Part shown: one piece after another, positions 56,543 through 64,000 of the stretch
How the letters are laid out: each line of letters starts with the position of its first letter
How positions within the stretch are numbered: the stretch's first letter is position 1
Source of the DNA: a virus
Virus record (IMG/VR): IMGVR_UViG_3300018080_000112
Coordinates: 32,001-96,000 of that record
DNA: 64,000 nt
Direction: 5' to 3' (one strand)
Program-made: the position numbers and the translations under genes
The notes under the pieces: model-generated
The model's database searches: none
What the model was told of the DNA's origin: nothing
The model's input: only the letters and a program-made list of their open reading frames with translations

Positions 56543-59500
56543 CTTGTTCCCCTAATGTTAGGACCTAACCTTGATCAAAGGCTGTCAATTTCTCTACAAA
56601 TGAGTGACCTGGTTTCTCGTCATTCAGTTCGATTTCCACTTCTTTTAGCGGCTTACCTATCAGCGGTGTCAGCTTTGTAGGGTCCGGCGGTCTCACCGGT
56701 GCCTTTTGGCGCTTCCTTCGCGGCTTACCGTTCTGTTTCGCTGCAATCATTGGCGGAGTTGGGGCTTGCCGTGGTCTTGAAGCGGTCACATCTTCTTCTT
56801 TCAGTGGTTCATTCTGGTAGCGCTTTCCAGTGGGGTCCTTTTGTTGCGCCTTGATCTCTTCGGTCAAGACCTCCAGATAATGATCCGCCGTCTCTTTTGA
56901 TACCCCTAACTGTTCCGCAGACACTTCCGCCTTGAACTCTTGTGGGGGTCGTGGCTTGCCTTGTGGCTTGCCAACCGTCACTGGCACACTTTCCTCTTGC
57001 GCCGGTTGTGGTTTGCCTACAGGAGCGCTCTCGGGTGCCTTCTCGGGTGCCTCTTGTGGTTTTGTTGTGTCGTGTGGCTCAACATCTGGTTCACCTGGAT
57101 TCCGCCGGTATCGACCAGAACAGTACGCCGCAAAATGCATAATCGTGAACTGATCTGATTTGTGCAACTGGTTGAGATGGTGTTTCACATCTTCGTCTTG
57201 GCGTTCTGGATATCGGTAAAAATAGCACGCACCGAGAACACCCAACATCCGGAACGTGAGAATTTTCTGGTCATACGCTTTGAACAGGTCACACATGGAG
57301 TATTTGATCTCCACTGTCCCTTCGTAATCTTCGCCGTCCATTGTCTTGAAGGCAATAGCGATCTCATCTTTGTTCGGTTTCATCCGCCGCACTCCTCTTT
57401 TGTGTCATTGTGAAACGGTCTACTAATAGAGTCACACTTTGAAGGGAAACGTAACCGGTAGAAGGAAGAAATCAGGAAGGAGAAGACTCAGTTTGTTGTT
57501 TCTCTTGCGCATCTTCAGCGGCGATATAAAGCTGAACAAACTTCTTCAAAGCAAAGTACTGGTGAAGAAGTTGAGAGTTCCAATCCGAACAATCGATCCC
57601 TTCTGTGTCCTTGTACACATCGAAATATGCCTCATACCAGGCTTGTTCCGCCGGACAATAGCCGCCGCATAACCGACTCTCGTACTCATCCCACAACTCT
57701 CGCCAGCGGGTCCGCAGTCCCTTGATCTTCTCCAGTGCTGCAAGCGCTTCTTCCGCCTGCAGATCGATATCTTCTTCCTCCAGAAGCAACTCAAAGTTCT
57801 TGTCCTTGAGTTCTGCAATCTGGTTGTCAAGCTCAATTACGTCCGGTGATTCGTCCGTCTCGCCTTGCTTGAAAAGAACATCGATCCCGCACGAAAGGTC
57901 ATGCATTTTCTCCTGCACTTCCTGGATCGCTTTTTGGGTCTCCATCACCACTTCGTGATCTTCTCGCAAGTGTTCGAGATGCAACTCCGCCTCTTTGATC
58001 AAAAACGTCTTCTGTCTGTGAACCGGCGTCACCTTCTCCATGAAATAATCAAGGTGATCGTGCTTGCTGTTCAGCGTGCTCAGGAGCCACGAGAGCGCAT
58101 CCGGACCACTCGGGACAACGCAGAGGTCTTGCAGATCTCCATGGAAGAGTATCGTGTTCGCAGACACTACCACGCGAAAGCTGTACATGCTGGTTCCTGG
58201 TTTCTGACAATACCAGCGTCCTTCCCCCTCTTTGATCAGAATATGATCCTTGAGAGAGGGATCTGAGAGCGCCTTCATATGCGCTCGCCACTCTTTCGAG
58301 TTATATTTTTCCTCATACTGTGACATGCAATTCTTCCCCTGTCTTTTGTTCGATGGTTGTCAACATCTTCCGCGCCGCATCTGTAAGACGCCACTTCTTT
58401 TGTCCTGAACAGTCGCCGCACACCTCGATCAGTCCCTTTGTGACCAATGAGGGAAGAGAACCCGCCCCTCTCTTTTGGGATACCGTTGCAGGTTCCTCCT
58501 TGCACTTCAGGAAAATGAGCGCCTTTTGTTCTCCCATTGTCAAATCAATCCAGCGGTATCGCTTCGTGACCTTCGCCTTCTTTGTTCCCTTCTCGATACA
58601 AGAGGGACACAACGCCTTTGGAAAGGGTGTGAGACCTTTACAGCCCGGACACTTCATTGGAGTAACGGAAGGACCATTCAACGACCAGCCAGAGCCAGCC
58701 GGATAATGACGCGCCCAACCAGCCGCGCCGCAAAGCTCACATACATAATAGCCGTTAGAAGGGTCTTGTTTCCATTTGTGATCTTTTCGGTCCTTGCAAG
58801 GATTCCAATCCGCCACGTTCATCGTGCTTGCTCCACTTGTTGTTCCTGACTTCGCTTCTGGTGCTCTTCAATCTCCGCCATGTTCAGATGGATCTTTTTG
58901 GCGTGGTCTTGTGTCACATAACCCGGTGTTGCATCTTCCCCATAAGACTCACACCAGCGACAAGACGCCTCTTTGCTTCCTGTCTGTGCGTCTTCAGAGA
59001 CTCCGGTCCCTTTGCAGATCGGACAAGGAACCCGCATCATATCTCCGCCCACAACCGCCATTTTGACCGTCTTTGCGATCAAAAATAGGTCCTTGGGGAC
59101 ACGCGGACCCGCCTTCTTCAAACAAGCAAACAATGCATTCGCATGCTTTGCAGCTTGCACCAATTCCATCGCTTCATTCGTCACCTTTTCAGTCTGTTCT
59201 GTCTGTTCCATCTGTCTTCTCCTTTGTCCCGTTATTACGGTGTGTTTACAACTCCATAACCTCTAAATGTGCCTCACATAAACCATACTCGACACAGTCC
59301 GGATTGGCGGTCTCCACAAGCGCATGACACTCATGACAACGCAACCCATCATCCAACTGACGGTGAAACCGGTCCAAACAATACTGACCAAACTCCCCAA
59401 TGGTCAGATCTTCGACCTGGCTTGTATCCACCTCCATACCGCCGACCTCGACAGACTCACCCGCCGCCTTGCACAACTTACCAAAAAGCTCTTCATCCGC

Positions 59501-59714
59501 CTCGTGAAGGTTCTCAAGGTAGTACATGACACAGAGCGCCCCGAAAGCAGTCAACGGGTCAGTCTTTTCTTCTGAATCGTCCGCACTTGGCGCAAAATAC
59601 CCATCATCGAACAAGGAAACCAGGTTCTGAAAATCAACCATTTCGTAATCAATGGTGACCTGTTTTCCGTTATCACCTTCCATGTCCATCTTCATCGTAT
59701 GCTCTCCCTTATAT

Positions 59715-60623
59715 TTACCACTCTGTTTTCTCTTCTCTCCGTCGCATGGACTCTTTCAACTTGCGTCGCTTCTCTTCCCGCTCTTGTTCTTCCTCTGACA
59801 ACGTCATACCGTCCACAGCTAACGGACCATCATGGAAACCTGGAATCCCGCCGGAAACTAGGGAAGCACTGTCAAACTCCGCATCATCGATCCTTGTGAA
59901 ATCTTCCAGCACGGACGTGAATTCAGGATTGATCTCATGAGAATCATCCCTTGGACAGTGTTGCGGGGGTCCATCCGCTGTTTCCCCGATAACCTCGAAG
60001 AATCGCTGTTCCGTAACACAGAAGACCTCATATTTGGTCATTTCTGTGCTTTTCTTGATCCTGCCAGACATGCCGACCCCAACACCCGGCGACCCCAGAG
60101 AAAAATCGGGTGGTCTGGATGGGTCAGATGTACCTGATTTTATCGTTACAGCGCCTGTTGTACCGCCTCCGAAGTGACCACCACGACCCGCACTGGCTCG
60201 CAGTGCGCTACTTGTTTCAAAGTTAGGAAGAGACGTTTTTGGTGCTGGTATGTGCGATTCCTCCAGCCCCTGTTCTCCCACTTTAGTCCACTTGCCTTTG
60301 GCGAAAATATACAAGAGACCCGCACTTGTATCCATGCACAAAGACCCTTCTTCGGCATCATCAGGGAACTCTCCTGTACCTTTTGCAATCTCCACAGACA
60401 CACGGCGTGTTCCTAGTGGTGCAAATGGTCTCGCTTCCGGGTCAAAAAGCGCGTCCTCATCTTCCTCTTCATCAAAAGGAAATCCGCGCTCTTCATCCAC
60501 CATAACGACCTGGATGGCTCTTCTCTCCTCTTTCGCCCTTTTCTCTCGTTCTTTTCGTCTCTTCATGATTCTCTCAATTGTAGCTTGCGCAAACGGATTT
60601 GGTTTCTTTCCTGTGCTCACCAC
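59715..60623 (-). CDS. Hypothetical protein sharing motifs with 60617..62449
   Basis: Shared 'P.DA..G....D' motif and C-terminal 'K.S..RREE..EW'. Confidence 0.5.
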   Translation of the reverse strand: MVSTGKKPNPFAQATIERIMKRRKEREKRAKEERRAIQVVMVDEERGFPFDEEEDEDALFDPEARPFAPLGTRRVSVEIAKGTGEFPDDAEEGSLCMDTSAGLLYIFAKGKWTKVGEQGLEESHIPAPKTSLPNFETSSALRASAGRGGHFGGGTTGAVTIKSGTSDPSRPPDFSLGSPGVGVGMSGRIKKSTEMTKYEVFCVTEQRFFEVIGETADGPPQHCPRDDSHEINPEFTSVLEDFTRIDDAEFDSASLVSGGIPGFHDGPLAVDGMTLSEEEQEREEKRRKLKESMRRREEKTEW

Positions 60624-62449
60624 TCTGAATCTTCTTCGCGTCGCTTAATTGACGCCTTCAACAAGCGCTTCTTCTTTTGTTCCTCTGTCTCTTGTGTAGA
60701 CCAGTCAACACCGACGTGAGCTTGACTCCCGTCTATCATACGAACAAGGTCCGTCATATCAGCAAGCGGAACATCAAAGGAGTTGTTTTTGATCGGCGGT
60801 AACCCTTCCGCTTCCCGAATCTCGTTGATCGTTCGAACATCTTGACCATATCTGTCCATGTATTGCCCCCACAGAACTTCGTCTTGTTGTGTTGGAGCGG
60901 GAACTGTAACAAATGCTTCGCCATACCTCTCCTGTTGTTTCTCGTGCTTCTCCAGTATTTTCATCTGTTCAGGAGTAAAAAACGACGCTGGTACAATAGG
61001 TTTTTTCTCTTCTTCCTTGCGCAAACCAGAGGTCTCTTTCGCCTGTTCTGGAGTAAAAAAGGATTCCGAGCCACTGTGTAAAATATCTCCCCACACATCT
61101 ACAATAGGCTTTTCACTACTTGGTGTCAGTCCCCCCACAACGGGGTCAAGGCGCACAAAATCACGAACAACTTGATTCAACCGGTCTAATTCTTGCGCCG
61201 ACAAATCACCAGAGAACACAACTTCCATCCTTCCGGTGGTCTCATATACACGAATCAAAACAGGCTTAGGAACACCAGCCTCCACAATCTTTTTTCGCAA
61301 AAGCGCTTGATCAATGATTGTGCTTCGAGGAACCTTATAGTCATAAGAGCGCCTTCTCACCGGGCTTTCTTCCTTGAAAGCATCAAGAAATTTTTCCGCT
61401 TCCGGCGTCTCAAAGAAATCACGTGCTTCTTCTATTGTCTTGAAGACACGAACCTCACCCGGCTTGCCAAGCTGCACTGCGCTTCCTGCAGCAACTGGAA
61501 CTCTGGTTCCATCCTCTTGCTCAATGGTCATCGTTACCGGGTCAAACGAACCCGGTATCACCTCAGAACTCATCACGGACTCACCGGGATTCAAGGACTC
61601 AGAAACCCGTATAGGTCCCGTGGGATGTGTCGGAGAATGTCGCCAAGGATCGTCTGGTCCCACTGTACTATCCTCCTGGTTTGGGTCTCCCGCGTTGGTT
61701 CGATCATCATCCTCAAAGAAAACAGGACGACCTTGAACCTCTGACTGGAACTCTGGTTCGGAAGAATGCGCACGTTTCCGCATGCCGGTCACCATTTCCG
61801 CGTGTCTCTCATTCGGTGACTCTGTCTTGATCATACTGGACTGGATTGCAAAAGCTTGCGCCATAGCCGCGTGGTCAATCTCCATGTGATCGATGTTCAA
61901 TTGACCCTTGTAACCGGGCGGAACAAACTCAAGAGCCTCTGCACGTGGAAAAGAAATCGGGTGTATGAACTCTTTTTGTGTTCCGAGAAATTTGACCGTT
62001 TGGGTGGTCTTCTCTTTTCTCCGCTCCATTCGTGACTTTACTGCGTTCTTTACAGCGGGAACAGCGTGCTTCATATCCACCCACCCAAAGACAGCGTCCT
62101 TCGTCCACATCGTTTCTGTGTTCTCATCGAAGTACTGTGTGCCTTGCGGAGCATCTGACGGCACTTGCTCCCGTCCCTCGAACCCTCGACCTATGTAGAA
62201 CGGACTCTCGTCTTTTGTGCCACTTATCAGCGCTCCTGGAAGAGCTTTTGTCTCCGTCATTTCCTTGATCAAATTGTCCACCTTGGAAACATCCTCTGAC
62301 GAATCTGTGGGCGCAACCCCCACGCCACGAGACTCAAAGTGTTTACTCGTGGGGATCTCCGGGCTGTCTTGTTTTCTCCTCTTCTTCATGGGAAGCAACT
62401 CCTTTGCCTTCGCCAGTAACATCCGCAGTGCGACACTTACATCAGCCAT
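60617..62449 (-). CDS. Hypothetical 610-aa protein
   Basis: Long ORF coupled to both neighbours; contains 'TINEIREAEGLPPI'. Confidence 0.55.
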   Translation of the reverse strand: MADVSVALRMLLAKAKELLPMKKRRKQDSPEIPTSKHFESRGVGVAPTDSSEDVSKVDNLIKEMTETKALPGALISGTKDESPFYIGRGFEGREQVPSDAPQGTQYFDENTETMWTKDAVFGWVDMKHAVPAVKNAVKSRMERRKEKTTQTVKFLGTQKEFIHPISFPRAEALEFVPPGYKGQLNIDHMEIDHAAMAQAFAIQSSMIKTESPNERHAEMVTGMRKRAHSSEPEFQSEVQGRPVFFEDDDRTNAGDPNQEDSTVGPDDPWRHSPTHPTGPIRVSESLNPGESVMSSEVIPGSFDPVTMTIEQEDGTRVPVAAGSAVQLGKPGEVRVFKTIEEARDFFETPEAEKFLDAFKEESPVRRRSYDYKVPRSTIIDQALLRKKIVEAGVPKPVLIRVYETTGRMEVVFSGDLSAQELDRLNQVVRDFVRLDPVVGGLTPSSEKPIVDVWGDILHSGSESFFTPEQAKETSGLRKEEEKKPIVPASFFTPEQMKILEKHEKQQERYGEAFVTVPAPTQQDEVLWGQYMDRYGQDVRTINEIREAEGLPPIKNNSFDVPLADMTDLVRMIDGSQAHVGVDWSTQETEEQKKKRLLKASIKRREEDSEW

Positions 62450-63710
62450 CTTTGATCCCGGATTGTTGTGCTTCCACTAGAATCTCTTTTCCTAGCGGAA
62501 CAAGGTCTTTCGGCTCGAACCCATCTAAGGAAACAAAACCCGAACACAAAACAGAATCCAGTATCTCTTCAGGAGATTGCTCGGAAGATAGTTGTACCCG
62601 AACAGGAGTAGACGAAAAGCGATCTGTATCCTTATCAGGCGATAGTAGCTCAACATATACGGCTCCTTTCTGGTAGAAGGCATCCATGGCTCTGTTTATA
62701 GCCGACCGGAGCACCTTCACAGAGTCTGGTTGCACCAGCACAATATTACCTGATGCACGAGCCGCCATTGATTCAATTGTTGGATCTTGTATGCTGTCAA
62801 CGTATCTCAGATTCCCATCGATACCGATCCGATACTTCACAAAAACGGGCGATGTTGGTAAGTAGTAGAACTCCAGGTCAACCGCTTTTTTCGTCTCTGT
62901 ACTTGCTGCAGATTTGCTTGTTGGCGCTGTCTTAATCGACACCGTCCAGACACCGCGTTGTTGTTTGATCTCGTGGGGGTGTTGTTGCCACGGTTGTCCC
63001 GGTATCAAGACCTTTGTTCCAGATACATAGGTGATTTGTGGCATGTGTATGTGACCGGAGATCACCAGGTCAAAACCACGGACCCACTTCTTTGAGATAA
63101 TCGAGCTTTCTCGAATCACGATCCCCTCGTGATCTACAAGCTCATCCTTGGCGAGACTATCCACCGGAACATTGTGCTCATTGAGAACAGAGCCAGACAC
63201 CATTCCATGCGTCACACAGATGGTTGGTTGACCTTCTGTAAGCGCATAAGGCTTGAACCATTCTTTCTTGAACTGGTCTCGATAGGGAACGGCACACACC
63301 GAAATCTTTTGACCATCCGCCAGCCGCCAATCAATCACTTCCGGTTCATGGGCAACCTGGAAACCAGGAAGGTCTGCAAAAATCTGAAGCGCATGCTGTT
63401 CGCCAGAGCGGACCACAAAATCGTGGTTACCCGGTACGAGTAACACATTCAAGCCAGCATCTGACCACTTCCGAAACTCTGCATAAACCGCATTGAACAC
63501 ATTGATTGTCACCTTGCTCTTTGCATCAAATACGTCACCCGAGATCACTACATTCTTGATCCTGAGTTGTTCAGAGAGTTGGAGGACCCCGTCAAGGCTA
63601 TCAAGAGCCGTTTTAAGGCGCGAATTAATTCCGTTGATAAGACGACCATACCGCTTATGGTTGTGTGCGTGTATATCGCTGATAACGATAAATTCAACCG
63701 ATGTTGTCAT
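62442..63710 (-). CDS. sbcD: SbcD/Mre11 (T4 gp47-like) nuclease
   Basis: 'ISDIH', 'SGDVFD', 'PGNHD', 'VTHG', 'SGHIH' and 'PGQPWQ'. Confidence 0.88.
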   Translation of the reverse strand: MTTSVEFIVISDIHAHNHKRYGRLINGINSRLKTALDSLDGVLQLSEQLRIKNVVISGDVFDAKSKVTINVFNAVYAEFRKWSDAGLNVLLVPGNHDFVVRSGEQHALQIFADLPGFQVAHEPEVIDWRLADGQKISVCAVPYRDQFKKEWFKPYALTEGQPTICVTHGMVSGSVLNEHNVPVDSLAKDELVDHEGIVIRESSIISKKWVRGFDLVISGHIHMPQITYVSGTKVLIPGQPWQQHPHEIKQQRGVWTVSIKTAPTSKSAASTETKKAVDLEFYYLPTSPVFVKYRIGIDGNLRYVDSIQDPTIESMAARASGNIVLVQPDSVKVLRSAINRAMDAFYQKGAVYVELLSPDKDTDRFSSTPVRVQLSSEQSPEEILDSVLCSGFVSLDGFEPKDLVPLGKEILVEAQQSGIKDG

Positions 63711-64000
63711 GTTCGTCTCCCAGATATTTCAAGGATTCTTCTGTTACCAGATAATTCCAGCGCTTTGATGGGATCTGTTGAGAGGGGTCGTCAAGAACAA
63801 GGACCTCCGCCGGATAACCAGCATACCGACACTTCCAGTCAAGTAACTCCTTCAAAAAGAATTCAACAATCGAACCCTTGTTATAAGCGACCACTATCTT
63901 ATCCAGAGTAACCAGCGGATCATTCTTGAGAAAGAGACCCACACCGATCTGACAAATGGATTGTTTTGGGAAAGCAAGCCCGGATCGAATCAACCGAAAC

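Noticed and set aside
1-64000. tRNA and rRNA genes, integrase, cas1/cas2
   Set aside because: None recognised by eye; tRNAscan-SE and HMM searches would be needed to exclude them.

Overview
This window looks like part of a large dsDNA bacteriophage genome. Almost all genes are on the minus strand and most are small hypotheticals. Recognisable genes: gpA-type terminase large subunit, class II ribonucleotide reductase (the only convincing + strand gene), SbcC- and SbcD-like proteins, RusA resolvase, Dda/RecD-like helicase, ArdA anti-restriction protein, deoxynucleoside kinase, metallophosphoesterase, a radical-SAM-like protein and a methyltransferase. The standout locus is 13.3-15.2 kb. A TnpB (IS605 OrfB) nuclease with an intact RuvC triad and no TnpA or cas genes sits between two type I-E-like mini CRISPR arrays (28-nt repeats, 33-nt spacers). 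Each array is preceded by a copy of a TnpB omegaRNA-like scaffold ending in an anti-repeat, and the anti-repeat co-varies with its own array's repeat. This fits a phage-borne TnpB-to-Cas12 intermediate with a split tracrRNA/crRNA guide. The window also has a rich non-coding layer: more than 50 co-oriented TCAAGGCTGTTGA boxes phased at ~31 bp in intergenic arrays, 12 perfect copies of the palindrome GTTAGGWCCTAAC, two promoter-like motif families, and a mirror-arranged ~8 kb island (28.3-36.5 kb) of probable early genes across which strand skew flips. All calls come from reading the sequence by eye; no database searches were run.
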